64,000 nucleotides of DNA from Camelus ferus. Taxonomy: Eukaryota. Below the pieces are notes generated by a model. That model saw only the letters and a list, made by a program, of their open reading frames with translations, was not told the origin of the DNA and did no database searches. Below are positions 42,045-55,085 of the stretch, piece after piece. How positions within the stretch are numbered: position 1 is the first letter of the stretch; every line of letters begins with the position of its first letter. A program made the translations under genes and the position numbers. Location of the stretch: assembly GCF_009834535.1 (NCBI RefSeq), contig NC_045707.1, positions 54,004,001-54,068,000 on the forward strand. Reading direction: 5' to 3'.

Positions 42045-42420
42045 TCTCTGTCATAGGCTTGGAAGGGACCTCTAGACATTAGATCATCACTTCTGATTGA
42101 AGCAGGACAGATTTTCACTGCGCCAGACTGGAAGGCGTCTGTCAACAGTGTCCCGGAAAGGAGATTTACAAGTCTCCCTTGGAAACCTGTTCCAGTGCCA
42201 GTGTTCCTAATCCCATGTAAGTATGTTTTCAAACATCTCTCATCCACCAATCCATACCTCAGGAATGTTCCGTCAATATTAGCAATGATCATGAGCATCT
42301 AAATCCCATCAGCTAAAATTTAAGCTCATCTCATCACTGCCAGATGGCTGGCAACTTAACAGCATCCTTGGTATAACCCCTCATATAATTAAGATTTTTA
42401 ATTATCCTTGGCAAAGAACA
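42045..42420 (-). mobile_element. CR1/L3-like remnant
   Basis: ttggaagggacctctaga...gagatttacaagtctcccttggaaacctgttccagtg resembles the antisense CR1/L3 3' end. Confidence 0.55.
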
Positions 42421-43048
42421 TCACATAATGTAATGCACAACTCTGCATGCAAAGATGATGCAGATCATCTAACAGCAATACAAATGTAATTGGGTCGGTT
42501 TTCCTTTAATGATTGTGGATGTGCTCTCATCCATTCATAATCTCTCACTCCATCTATGCTGTGACCAATGGTATAAAATTGAGAGATGGCTAGTTGGGGT
42601 TACATTACAGTCTTTCTCTTTGAAAGTAACTTTATCTTACTTAGCATGGTGATCATTAACGCTACCTAAGGCAAATAGACATATAACTTTAGGAGCAGAG
42701 GGTCTTGACATTTTATTTTTAGCAGACGTCATTCATTGGGATGGGGATTTAGGCGGAAAGATATAGAAGGAAAAATAAACAAATGGTTTGAAGCTCTGCG
42801 GCTTCCGCTCTTCACTAGCGATGTGACAGTGTCATCTGTGGCACGTCAGAGGGAGCTGAGCTGCGCAGACAAGGCACTGTCCAAGATGGGGTACTTAGTA
42901 CCACACTGAGTCCCAGACTTCAATTCTAATAATCAAGATGTGTCCACCCAGTCTGTCCACATGCCTATATATTGCGATATCTAAAGACTTTTTTTTAACT
43001 TGGGAGTTTATAAGGGTGACTAGTGTTTTTCTGAGAATGACTAGACTT

Positions 43049-43094
<46 letters not shown>
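43049..43094. repeat. (TA)n microsatellite forming a 46-bp perfect palindrome
   Basis: G at 43062 pairs with C at 43081. Confidence 0.95.
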
Positions 43095-43095
<1 letters not shown>

Positions 43096-44689
43096 GTAAA
43101 TAACAGACTATAAAGGATAAATGATATACAGAGAGATTATGATGTTAATCGTGCTACCATCCGATGGAAAAAAAACTAATGATAATTTTTTACGTGAACT
43201 TTGCATTTTTCTTACTAGTAAACCTAAATAAGATTCTTTTTAGAGAGTCCCAAATTATCTTGCTCCAAACTACTGTGGTTAGGATAACCACAAGAGTTCT
43301 GAAATAATAAATGGCTAACTGCAGACAGTTTTTCTGCATTATTTCATGCAGAGTCTCTGTTTCTGAATTTGGATCAGCTGATGTCTACAGAAAGTTTTGC
43401 CTTCCTCTAACTTGCTCTTCAAACTATCAGTCTTGCTGATTAATAGAAATGGCTAAGTTTTGTGATGGCTCGATGTCTCTCTTTTTAAACTGAGCCGGAA
43501 CTTTCTGTAAAGTATCTTAATTTTTTTTCTTTCCGTTGTATTTTTAGGCACTGCAGCAAAGGTTAGGGATCTTTGTGGAAAAGGTCACATTCCCTTGGAG
43601 TACAAGCTGAAAATAGCCCCTCAATTGTATAAATATTAACATATACTCTGTACCCATTTAGAGTCTTTCATCACACCTATGGTGGGGGTAAATTTACTGT
43701 CCTGTGCACCTAGCAAGTGTTAAATAAATGCTAGTTTATTTCCTTTGGTAAATGTAGCTAGTCTCTCAAGAGAGATTTTTTAATCTACTTCTGATAGCAA
43801 TCTTATTTGGTTTATTATAGTTTGAGAGAGAACAGTAGTCAGTATCTATGCCAAATGAGTCCAAGAACTCTTATTAGAATAATGAATGTTTCCTGAAATT
43901 GGTAACCATTATTAATCTTGCACATTGTGGTGGAATGATGCTAACCAATAAGTTTAATTACACCTCCTTCTTGCCACACGACTATCCCCATTCATACAGC
44001 ATTGTGCCCAAGGAAGGTAGAATTTAGGAATATCCACTGCTGAGAGAACTATCAAATAGAGTACAATACACAAACCCAAATGAATATTATACAACAACAA
44101 CAAAAAGAATAAAGCTGAGCAACAAGAAACACTATAGATGAATCTTACATATAAATTTTTTCAAGTATCCAAATTTTTTTCAGTATGATTTTCACTAGTC
44201 AGGAGGACAGGGGAATGAAATAGGAATGGAACACACAGATTCTTAATGCTGAAATGTTCTAGTACATGCAGAGGGAAGAGGGTCCTAGGAATCCATTATA
44301 CTGTCATGTATCTATCCCACTTGTGTATTAAATATTCTTATAACATGTATAAAATATTATATTAAGAAAGTTAAAGTGAAGAATACAAGTAGAAAAATGA
44401 ATAACTGTTTCTCCAATAATTCATGCAAGACAAGATTCTTTCAGGGCACTGATTTTATAATACCCAGTGTAGCATCCAGTGAATTAAAGTTAGTACTTAA
44501 GAGTGGACACCAGGATAGTACTAGGTAATGACCACAGTTCCAGTTGGGCTCTCTCAGTTTCAGGTAGTTCTATCTTTCAGTTCATCTGAAGTGCTGTTTA
44601 TGAAAATAAATAAAGCTCAATGCTATTTATTAAAATAAATAAAACTCAGAATTTTTAAAGGGCAATACATGAAATGAGCACCATGCATG

Positions 44690-45097
44690 TGATACTGGTC
44701 AGCTGCACTGCACTGCTATGAAACAAATCACTGCAAAACTCAGTGGTTAGAAGAAAAAACAACCATTTATTCTCCCATTTCTAGCTTAACTGGAAAGAGC
44801 TCTGCTTTAGGCTGCAGGTCTGTGGGTTGGTTGGGGCACTCTGCTCCAAGGGATCATTTTTTGAGAGGGCGGCAGAGAGACCCAAGCTAAAAGGTTACTG
44901 GAGTATACTTTCCTGGCAACAGCAAGAGTAGAAGAGGGTAAGGCAAATTGTGCAAGTTTAAGCCTCTGTTTGTACCAAGTCTGCTATCATTGGCCGCAGT
45001 AAATCACAGGGCCACACTCGAAGTCCAAAGGTGGGAAGGTGAACTTGAACGTGGATTTATAAGACTAAGACAGGACCAGTAATTCAGTCTATCACAC
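44690..45097 (-). mobile_element. old MLT1-type LTR
   Basis: aacaaatcactgcaaaactcagtggttag...aacaaccatttattct...ctgctatcattggccgcagtaaatcacagggcc. Confidence 0.7.
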
Positions 45098-45124
45098 AAA
45101 TTTGCTAAGGAGTAAAATAAGATG

Positions 45125-45585
45125 CATATCTTACTAGGTGTGGCTTCTACTCAGACCCATTATTTATCTTCTCTGATACGGTCCCTGCCCCAGTATGGCT
45201 GAATTCTAAGGACTACCTGTATACATTTGGCTTATCCACTCACCAGCCTCAGGAAGGAACCAGCCAAGAGGAGATACTGACAGGAAACGAGAGGACAGGA
45301 AAGAAACAGCTGGGCTATTTCTTCCCTGTTGTGGTATTACGTCTCTGGCAGTAGCTTTGTCCCTGCTTGACTGTGGTTTTCTTCAGGTGGCTGTGCCTGC
45401 AGTGTTGTAGTTGTCTCTGGGAATGGTAGCAGCTGTCCACTGCTGCCTGTCTCTGGCCATCTCATCATTCTTTGTTTATTTTCTTAAAGGACAACCCACA
45501 CTGATTTAGATAATTCTCTTTCAAAGTACCTTCATTTTAACCATCTGAAGTGAATTCTGTCTCCTGCCAAGACTCTGACAGTTAA
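45125..45585 (-). mobile_element. ERVL LTR-like remnant (LTR33/LTR16-like)
   Basis: gagaggacaggaaagaaacagctgggctatttcttccctg...gaattctgtctcctgccaagactctgac. Confidence 0.45.
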
Positions 45586-46525
45586 ACATATATAATTAAT
45601 TTCAGTATGTATAACACAGATATGTCCTTACTGATCACAAATCCCTTCTCAAAACAATGTGATAGTTTTTGCTAAAGAGAAAGACTCAGGCATGGTCAAG
45701 TGTTTTATGCTAACTTGCTGACCCTTGTATAATTATTTGGATATAGCATAGGTTTTGGCTCTTCATTTAGAACTTTCAGATTGTATACCATTTGCTCAAT
45801 AGAAAATATGATGTACATTTTTAAATGTAGGGAAGGTCTCTACTGTGGTTCCATTGCATTCCGTGCATTTACACTGGGTTCACTTTTCTAAACCTCTTTT
45901 TTTGGGAGATCAGCTTTTTTTTCCCCTTGAGGCTGAATTTGGCTACCTGCCCTTGTCTTTGTAAACTCACGTCTTTCATTTAACCAAGGAAATTACCACA
46001 TATCCCAACATTTTTAGCTGCAACTTGTGACAACCCCAATTTTCCCCAAGACCAATGACATTACAGGATTATTTCTCAGTGTCCTCTCTGGCTTGGTACA
46101 GATGTTATTTACCCACTGACATGTACAGCCTAGTGCCCAGTACCCATCCCACAGTGACAACTTCATCTTTCATAGGTCCTATTGTAATTTTTTTAATTAA
46201 AAAAATTAAATCCTCCTATGAAGAGGGTATTATTATTATTATTATTATTATTATTTTTTGCCATGGTTCTGTTAGAGAAGTTTTCTGGACGCACACTTAA
46301 AATAATCTTCCTCTAGGAAAAGAAAAAACACTGATTTCCCCTTTTAAACTTTCATCTTTGCCACTTTCATAACTATGTGTAGGTTGAAGAGGTGAGTCTA
46401 CCAAGGTTAGCGATAATCCTGGGTAGCTAAGGAAAGCATAATGAAGGTGAGAAATCAAATTTAAAGAGATAATTAAGCCATGGCACAAATTGTATGGGGA
46501 AGTAGGTGATAAAGAAGGTACTAAA

Positions 46526-46685
46526 TACTACTCAGCCATAAAAAAAGAATAAAATAATGCCATTTGCAACAACATGGATGGACCTAGAAATTGTCATTCT
46601 AGGTGAAGTAAGCCAGAAAGAGAAGGAAAAATACCATATGATATCACTCATACATGGAATCTGAAAAAGAGGAAGAGAGGCAGGC

Positions 46686-46719
<34 letters not shown>

Positions 46720-47068
46720 GAAGGAAGGAAGGAAGGAAGGAAGGAAATAAAAGAAAAGAACACTATGAACTCATCTACAAAACAAACAGATTTGCAGACA
46801 TAGTAAACAATCTTATGGTTCCTGGAGGAAAGAGGGTGGGAAGGGCTAAATTTGAGAGTTTGAGATTTGCAAATGTTAGCCACTATATATAAAAATAGAT
46901 TTAAAAAAACAAGTTTCTTCTGTATGGCATAGGGAACTATGTTCAGTATCTTGCAATAACTTTTAATGAAGAAGAATATGAAAACAAATATGTATATGCA
47001 TGACTGGGACATTGTGCTGTACACCAGAAACTGACACACTGTAACTGATTGAACATCAATTAAAAAAA
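46526..47068 (+). mobile_element. young 5'-truncated L1 3' end with 15-bp TSD
   Basis: TSD aaagaaggtactaaa (46511-46525) / aaagaaggtaccaaa (47069-47083); highly similar to 37730-38168. Confidence 0.95.
46686..46748. repeat. compound (GAAA)n(GAAG)n microsatellite inside L1 3'UTR
   Basis: direct observation. Confidence 0.95.
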
Positions 47069-47409
47069 AAAGAAGGTACCAAAGCAAGAATATGAAATCA
47101 TTCAGTTATTAAATAGAGCACTGTAAGCCCAGGACCAAAAAAAAAAAAAAAAAAAAAAGTACCCTATTCAAAACATGTCTCTGATCAGAAGTCAGGGGCA
47201 CATGGCTAAAGTGGATTTGCATGACTTCAAGATGATGTATAGTAAGCTAAAGCCAAGAATGAGTTCCAAGGCTTGGGCATTTCTGTAGTAACCAAGAGAA
47301 TTAAGAAAAATATGTCAGCATTAAACATATTTGTGAAAGTAAGGAGAACTACAAAGAAGCCTGGCTTAAACTACATTACAAGAGGATCTTTGTATTTACT
47401 GAAAGGGTA

Positions 47410-47473
47410 AAAATGACCGGGAAAAGAGTGAACAGTATTTTACACTGATGGGGTACAATTTGAGAGCTATTAC
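47410..47473 (+). repeat. 64-bp direct repeat, copy 1
   Basis: 61/64 identical to 48833-48896. Confidence 0.95.
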
Positions 47474-48832
47474 TCACACACCATCTAGTATGTAAATAAT
47501 TTGGATTCCAATTTGCATTCAAAATACTGTTTTCTTTAAAACAGCTGCCAGCAAGCATTGCGGTGCAGTGGCTATCAGTGGTATCACAAAAGCATCAGAC
47601 AAGTCCCCATTCCCCATGTGTTCATGAGCAATGAGTTTTAAAGAATGTTCCCCAGGAGTTCTGATTTCACAGTCACTGGAGAAGAAATACTTCCTGATCT
47701 TTTCGCTAAAAGTAGCAAAAATTTACCTTCAGATATGTGTTTTCAACACTGGTATTAAGAGAAATTTCGTTTTCAGTCTGGCCTGATAGAAACTACTGAA
47801 GCACAGCTTATTACAGTTTCCAGTGAACAATGAAAAGTCTCTAGGTATTAATTTGAATTTAGAAGTACTTACAGTTGCTTCCATCTGGTTGCTATAATTT
47901 ATTTATCCAAGCACAACTTCTGATTCTTTCACATTCAATCCAATCCCCAGAGTTATAGTCAAAATTCTATTCTGTCAACTTACTGAATGCCCATCTATCT
48001 TCTGACTCTCTTCTTCTTTAAAATCTTATCTATTTTCAAACTACGTGGTTTCATAATTCTTTTTTGTTCTTTTTTTCTTTTACACATTAATGATTTTTGC
48101 CCTGCTGAGGTTCCTTTTTCTTCATAGATTTTTTTTGTGTGTGAAAAATCCTGTAAAAATAAGATTACCCTTCTCTGTCCTGCTGTTTTCAGTGACTTTT
48201 GTTTAAATCGTTATCATTTACATCTCTAGTTTATTTCTAAGTTTATAAGGTTGTGCAGTAATTTGTTTTAAGTGGAAATTTTCTAGGTCTTTATTTTTTC
48301 TAGTTTGGATTTTTGAACAACTTTCTACCAACCTCAGAGTTTCCCAACAGCAAGGATAGTACTTCTATATATGGAAGAGAATTTTTTCCCAGGATTTTTT
48401 CTTACCATATATTGATAGTTCATGAACTTTGCTTTGCCTCTTTTTTAGCATGACTTAGAAGACTAAATATTCAGTTAAGCAGCTTGTCCTTAAAATGCAT
48501 ACATGAGTTTTATGAAACCCAAAGTCTAGAATCTGCCCAACAAGGCAGATCGCTATACGGCAATAATTGGATTTTCCAAGACATTTAGTCATGCTTTAAG
48601 AAACAAATCATTCATTAGATTCTGAATTTACATGACTAAAGGAATCCTTTCTTGTTTGAGAGGTGGACCCTGGGAACAGGTTTTTTTTTTTTTTTTTTTT
48701 TCTCACTTTCACAGAAAATATCTGATATTTAATTCTACCTCTTATCTTCAGATCAAGGTAGAAAAAAGCCAGCAGGGAGAGATCCAAATCCAAAGAGAGT
48801 TAAGCATTGTGGTGTCTAAGTATTCCTGGCAT

Positions 48833-48896
48833 AAAATGACCTGGAAAAGAGTGAACAGTATTTTACACTAATAGGGTACAATTTGAGAGCTATTAC
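48833..48896 (+). repeat. 64-bp direct repeat, copy 2
   Basis: 61/64 identical to 47410-47473. Confidence 0.95.
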
Positions 48897-49570
48897 CAGT
48901 GGAGAAGGAGAAGATGAATGGGGTTGCTTTAAAAATCTTGTAGGTTGAAAATAAGTCCCTTTTTCCAGTATTTTTATTACCTCCTGGAATGACGGCCACA
49001 AGGGCCTACGTATTTATGAGGATTAGTTCTCAAAGTGACCATGAACTCAGGTATTGGTTGCTCAGGCACAAAAAAAAAAATCCATTCATCATACTTCTAT
49101 ATTTCAAATACAGCACACTAATGCCTAGATTACACCCTACTATATCATCCAGCTGTAAGTTTAAATGCTATAGGTTTCAACTAATTTAGAGTATTTTGTC
49201 TGGTAGTCAAAGAAAAACCTGTCGCAGAGTGGTATTTGCTAGGGTGACGATGGAGGCAGTCCCAAACCCTAGCAGTTCCCAGAATGCTCCTAAGTCATCT
49301 CCCTTAAGACCTTGAAGTAACAGGTATATGTAAAGCATTGTATTTGAGGCTTATACTCTCCATTTCTGTTTATCCTTGTAAAAAAGTAACCTTGTTTTTA
49401 CCCTCACAGTGGTTCCCAAAAGAATTGGAAAAAGATGAGTAGGTAGCAAAAAGCTTCCTTAAAAGAGGACACATGAGAATGACTTGAATTAATTTTAAAC
49501 TACACATGGCTCACTTCCCAGGAGATGTTTACACACTACCCGGTGAAGGTAGACCACCATTTATGGTCAT

Positions 49571-49902
49571 TGTATTAGCTTCCTACTGATTTGGTAACAA
49601 ATCATCACAAACCTAGTAGCTTAAAACAATACAAATTTATCTTACAGTTCTGAAGTTCAGAAGTTTAAAATAAGCCCCATTTATATAACTGAAAAATTGT
49701 GCTCTACACTGGAATTTGACACAACATTGTAAAATGACTATAACTCAATAAAAAAAATTTTTTTTTTTTTTAAATAAGCCTCACTTGACTAAGTCAAAGT
49801 GTTGGCAGGTTTGTTTTTTCTCTGGAGGCTCCAGTAGAGGATCCATTCCTTGCCTTTTCCAGCTTGTATAAGCCACCATATTCTTTGGTTCATGTCTTCC
49901 TT
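49571..49902 (-). mobile_element. MLT1-type LTR, interrupted by two L1 pieces
   Basis: tgtattagcttcctactg...gtagcttaaaacaatacaaatttatcttacagttctgaag...tctggaggctccagtagaggatccattccttgcc. Confidence 0.85.
49680..49771 (+). mobile_element. ~90-bp L1 extreme 3' end with TSD
   Basis: ctgaaaaattgtgctctacactggaatttgacacaacattgtaaaatgactataactcaataaaa; TSD aaataagcccca/aaataagcctca. Confidence 0.88.
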
Positions 49903-50730
49903 CAGAGATTACTACGAACAATTATATGTCAATTAAATGGACAAATTCCTAGAAATGTACTTTCCCATGACTGAGTCCAGGAAGAAATACAAAATGTAAA
50001 CAGGATAATTATCAGTAATGAAATTAAATCAGTTACTAAAAAAACTCCCAGTAAGCCAAAGTCCAGGGCAAGAAAGCTTTACAGGTGAATCCTACCAAAC
50101 ACTTAGAGTTAACACCTATCCTTCTCAAACTATTCCGAAAAAAAATTAAAGAGAAAGGAACACTTCCAAACTCATTCTATGAGGCCACCATCACCCTGAT
50201 ACCAAAACTGACAAAGACAACACAAAAAAGAAAATTAGAGGCCAATAGCACTGATGAACATAGATTTTAAAATCTTCAACAAAATATTAGCAAGCCAAAT
50301 TAAACAACACATTAAAGGGGTCATAAACAATGACCAAGTGAGATCTGTCCTAGAGATACAAGGATTTTTCAATATTCATGACTCATTCAATGTGATACAC
50401 CATATTAACAAATTGAAGAATAAAAATCATACGATCATCTCAGTAGATGCAGAAAAATTTTTTGATAAAATTAAACAATTTATGATTAAAAAAAAAAAAA
50501 CTCTCCACAAAGTGGGTATAGACAGAATATACCTAAACATAATGAATGTCATATATGGTAAGCACACATGTGGTTGCCAAAGGGGAGGGGACTTGTGGGG
50601 ATGAGAGAAATAGATGAGGGATATTAAGAGGTACAGACTTTCAACTACAAAATTAATAAGTTATGGGTGTGTATAGTGTGGGGATTATAGTCAATAATAA
50701 GGTGATATCTAAAACAAACAAACAAAAAAC
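49903..50730 (+). mobile_element. L1 ORF2 (reverse-transcriptase N-terminal region) fragment joined to an L1MA-type 3'UTR piece
   Basis: GTLPNSFYEATITLIPK and NIDFKIFNKILASQIKQHIK...IHHINKLKNKNHTIISVDAEKFFDKI are L1 ORF2; frameshifted. Confidence 0.93.
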
Positions 50731-52719
50731 ACCTTAAAATTGCGTGCATTTGCCAGGAGATATTTTATAGCTCTCTGTGAAGGAAATACATGCCATGAAA
50801 GATCAGTTCAATTTTTTTTTTTTAAACAGAGGAAGACATCCTCTGTTTTAGTTATATGGATTTCGGTGCTTCAAGATAAGTGAAATTATTCTTCCAAAAT
50901 CCAACCTATAAAAAATGAATGAAGTACAATAGAAATCTAATTGACCATCCTGTCTCATTTATAATTTAGTCCATTAACCATAAACAATTACAATTAAAAA
51001 TATTTCTCTGATTCTTAACAAGTAGATAAAATATAGGACATTTTTATTTGATTGGATATGAAGTACACACCAGGGAAATATGATTTTTATATGTAGCTAA
51101 AGAGTTGTATGTTAATTTTTAGGTTGTTTTATCCTAGCATCTTTCTAAAAAAAAAAGCAATAAAGAAGCATAATATACTTGAATACTCTTGAGCATTTAT
51201 CATAAAAATGTAACATTTATTGATATTTACTGAATGATAACTGTCTGTGTAGTAAGTCTTCAGACTCTCCAGAGAATTAAAGAAACACAGCTGACAGGTT
51301 CTAGCAGTCATTTTGGAACTATCTCCCACGAAGTAATTGCCTCTTAATTTGTAAATGGGTTATAGCATTTTTCTTAGTTTGGAAAATGCCTCATTGGATT
51401 GCTAATGCAAGAAAAACTAAGCAACAAGCTGCGTCTTTGACATTTATTGAGAAGTCTCAGTTCAAATTTATGGAATGTGGGAGTTAGTAAAATAAAAGAG
51501 CTTTGTCAAACTTCCCTGCAATTCGATGAAGTCAGGAGAAAATGGAAATTTATCTCTATCTCTTTGATCTTTTTCATCTATCCAAGTCAAAATATCACAT
51601 CTGTCAAACTAAGGAAACTTTGTCATTTCTTTGGTAATTTATTCAATTTGACATTTAACAGAAAATCTTGACATAACACGCTTTAGTCTTATTTCCACAG
51701 TTCTCTCCTGGGAACAATTTTATCTAATCAAAATTAATCTATAAGTTTTTCTCAGAATTAGAAAGATTGATTGCCAACTAGTAACACATAGAAAATGTTA
51801 AGACTGCCTGTTTTCTGAATTAACCTTGATATGAAGCAGCAATACAGAGTGGTCAGGAAGAATATAATTTTTAAAAATACTTAAATATACTATACTATCT
51901 TAGACAATTAAAAATCTCATTATACTGTGCTGCTTGCTTTCCCACCTGAAATAGAGAAGCTAATTGTAAAAGCTCATAAGTTGTTTCTCTACCTCTTATT
52001 TAGGATACTAAGGGTTTCCTGCACCGTAATAATTCCAAAGCAAAGCCACAAACCCACAGGCATCACTAATATTGACTTCTATTGGGTTTTTCTTCAAACA
52101 AGATATAATTTTTCCATTAAGCAGATCTTCATCAATCACCTACTCTGTCTTTAACCTTATGTTTCATCTATTTCAGAATTTACAAAGCAGTAAATTCTTA
52201 GTTCATAGAACATAATATTCTGGTTTTGATAATGACATCAATTAACGGTTTACAGGTGAACATGGAAGTTCCTCTCTATGGAAACATAATAGCCTACATA
52301 TAATTATCTGAAACATGTAAATATTAAAAATCAGTTTAATTGGCTAAATATATTTACGGGAGATGAGTAGTTATATATTTGACAAGGAATATATGACAGA
52401 GAACATTACTAAAAAACATTTGAGAAAAGAGAACAATTATGATCAACACCAAATAAGGAAGAAATGATTTCTCTTAAATCTACAAGGGTCTAGCAAATCT
52501 CAAGTAGCAGAAGTCATTCCAGGGTACAGCACATTTACAGTTAGTAATCTAATGCTGTTTCAACATTGTATGAAACTGTCCAATAGCAATTAAGAATAGA
52601 AACAAGTGTCCAATAGGAAACAGAGTAGCAAAAAAACTTACAACTTGGAGGAATATTGCTTGGAAGACTGAGAAAGTGTGCACTATTGCTGGAATAAGTG
52701 ACCAGTGGGCCATTTGTTA

Positions 52720-53580
52720 ATTCATAACAAGCACTTTTGATTTTCTACCATTTGCCAGTCACTATATCAATTACTGGACCTCTAACAGTAAGCAGAAATC
52801 TATGCAGTTACTTTCTCATTCAGCTTGCTATTCAGAGAAGCTCAATATTGGGTAAAAAACAAAACAAACAAAAAGAGACAAATATTTTAATTCAAATGAA
52901 TGTGGTTCTTTAAGAGCACACGACCAAGGACCATGATTGGGACCAAGGACCAGTGTGGCAGAGCTGGCTTCCTTTTAGCTGAGATCTGAAGACTGACTAA
53001 GATGAAATAGAGTGAAAGTGGGTTGCAGTGAGGGTAATCACACGATGAACAGATAGTCTATGTGAGTTTTAAAAAGTTAAAGTGGACCAGAGCACTGAGA
53101 GCGAAGTACACAGGGGTGTAAAGACGGTGCTATGGCTTCATGCATAGGCTCCGAGATCACATTTAGGAGGAGTCGTTCCCTACCGTAAGAGCAAATGGAA
53201 GGCATCAGTGTGTCCTAAGCAATATGAAACACAATCACATTTACAGTTCGAAAAGAGCACTCAGGCTCTGATGAGAGCTCAGAGTGGATTTAGGGAACAC
53301 CATTAAGAAACTACTTCAGGATCATAGAAAAGACCAGAGCATAAAGGCAACCATGGAGAGAAAGACAGCCTATGTAGTCAAGGGATACTTAAGAGATCAA
53401 AACTGATAGGGCTTAGTGATGAAGGAGACAAGAGGTGTCTAGAATGATTGGATAAGTGGATAATGCCGTTAACTGATATAAGAGACAGTGGGAGAAGATG
53501 GAGACTGTGAATCATTGTTGGCTATTTTTTTCTCTTGAGGTACATTTGGGACATCCAGAAGGAGATGTCAAGTAGACAGA
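52720..53580 (-). mobile_element. L2 remnant
   Basis: ttcataacaagcacttttgattttctacc...tttagctgagatctgaagactg...tgggacatccagaaggagatgtcaagtagacag. Confidence 0.75.
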
Positions 53581-54749
53581 TCAAAACAACACATTATCAA
53601 ATCAAGTAATACAGAAGAGCTTATGGTGCAAAGCAATAGTTTTCAATTTTCTTCTTTCCCTCTCCTCAAGTAACCTCTTCTAAACATTTCTGGTTGTTGT
53701 TGTTTTTAATTAATTCTGGTGGTTAACCCATAACTCCAGAAAATCAGTTCATATTTCTTTTCCTCGATGTATCAACTTCAGTTACTATCAACTTGCAACT
53801 GAGGCGAGAGACAACACTCTTATCTCAAAGCTGCTATTTATATTTTTATTTTCCCATACTCTTACTAGAGACCTATTGGTGATTAAAGATGACAGTTTTG
53901 TGATTTATTTTAACTGTTTGTATTTATAACTCAGCCCAATTGTTGCTGAGTTTAATCTATTATAATTAATTCTATGTTAGGGGCTTAGTTTTCCTGTTTC
54001 AGGTTCCTACAACCTTCTACAGTTTCTATGTGAACTACTTCAGGAGTAATGGAAGTGTATTACCTGAATGCAAAGGCTACAAATGCATTGGTAGTTTTCA
54101 CTGATAAGAATTTGAGGACGTGATCTTATAGCTAGATAAAGATATAATATTCACAATCAAGGAAGATATCTTTTTAAAGTCTCCAAAAGTCATGGCCCTG
54201 CTATAGACAAAAAAATTTACAAAGTTCCACTAACAAAAACATGCATATAAAGTTGAAATTGATGATAAAATAACATTTTGGTATGAGCTGTCAAATTCAT
54301 TCATTCACTCACTGAAAAAATTTATGTAAACCAGAGCCTATTCTAGATGCTGGAGTTATGTTTTAATGAATTGTGAGAGAGGAAACAAACCTATGTATTG
54401 CCTTTCCAATAATTCTGTTTTCTATATTGTTTTAAGTATCAGTATCGTTACATATCACTCTCTCAAAATGAAGCTTTTCATATTATAAAAACTATAATTT
54501 TATAATAATTGTATTAGCTACTATTGTGAAAGACAGCACCAAGGTGAAAGAAAACATACCCTTCTCTCTTATTACAAATTAGTATCGGGAATATAATCAA
54601 CCCTTAGGTTTTATGTGTTCTGTTATAGTGTTTACAATTTATTTGGTCCATGTTAGTCATATATAAAAGCTTTATACTAATCATATTAGTAATAATACCT
54701 GTGCTGAACGCTAGGCTCTACACTTCATGTGTAGTGTCTCATATGTTGA

Positions 54750-55085
54750 CCAGATTATATTGCATTATTTAGTAACACCTAAATCTTAGTGGTTTAAACC
54801 AACAAAGGATTATTTCTCGCTCTTTCTACATGTATGCTATTGTTTGGCCAGGGACTCTGTCCACATTATCCTGACATATAAATCCAGGCTGATGGGGGAG
54901 ACGCTACCTGGAACATTGGGTGTGGCAGTTTACACATAGGCTCTTAAAGCTTTCAAATGGAAGTGTCAAACATTGCTTCTACTTATTCACCAAAGCAAGA
55001 CATAAGTCCCAAATTCAAGGGGACTGGGAAGTATAATCCTATCATATACCATGAAAGAGAATTGGAATTATTTGGTTGTCAGCAT
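54750..55085 (-). mobile_element. old MLT1-type LTR within a MIR
   Basis: aaatcttagtggtttaaaccaacaaaggattatttctcgctc...aattcaaggggactgggaagtataatcct. Confidence 0.65.

Noticed and set aside
44595..44650. Imperfect ~29-bp duplication (other small duplications at 6960-7015, 14628-14653 and 52922-52951)
   Set aside because: Low-complexity slippage products of routine type.
46644..47087. 147-aa hydrophobic ORF
   Set aside because: Antisense L1 3'UTR plus microsatellite.
47410..48896. Direct repeats as CRISPR array or LTR pair
   Set aside because: Only two copies in a eukaryotic context, with no TG...CA termini, PBS or internal ORFs.
50085..50604. Reverse-transcriptase-like ORFs as a novel RT system
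   Set aside because: Ordinary frameshifted L1 ORF2 fragment; the catalytic core is absent.
50824..50848. 10-bp hairpin aaacagagga/tcctctgttt resembling a terminator
   Set aside because: Short enough to be chance, and intrinsic terminators do not apply in this mammalian context.
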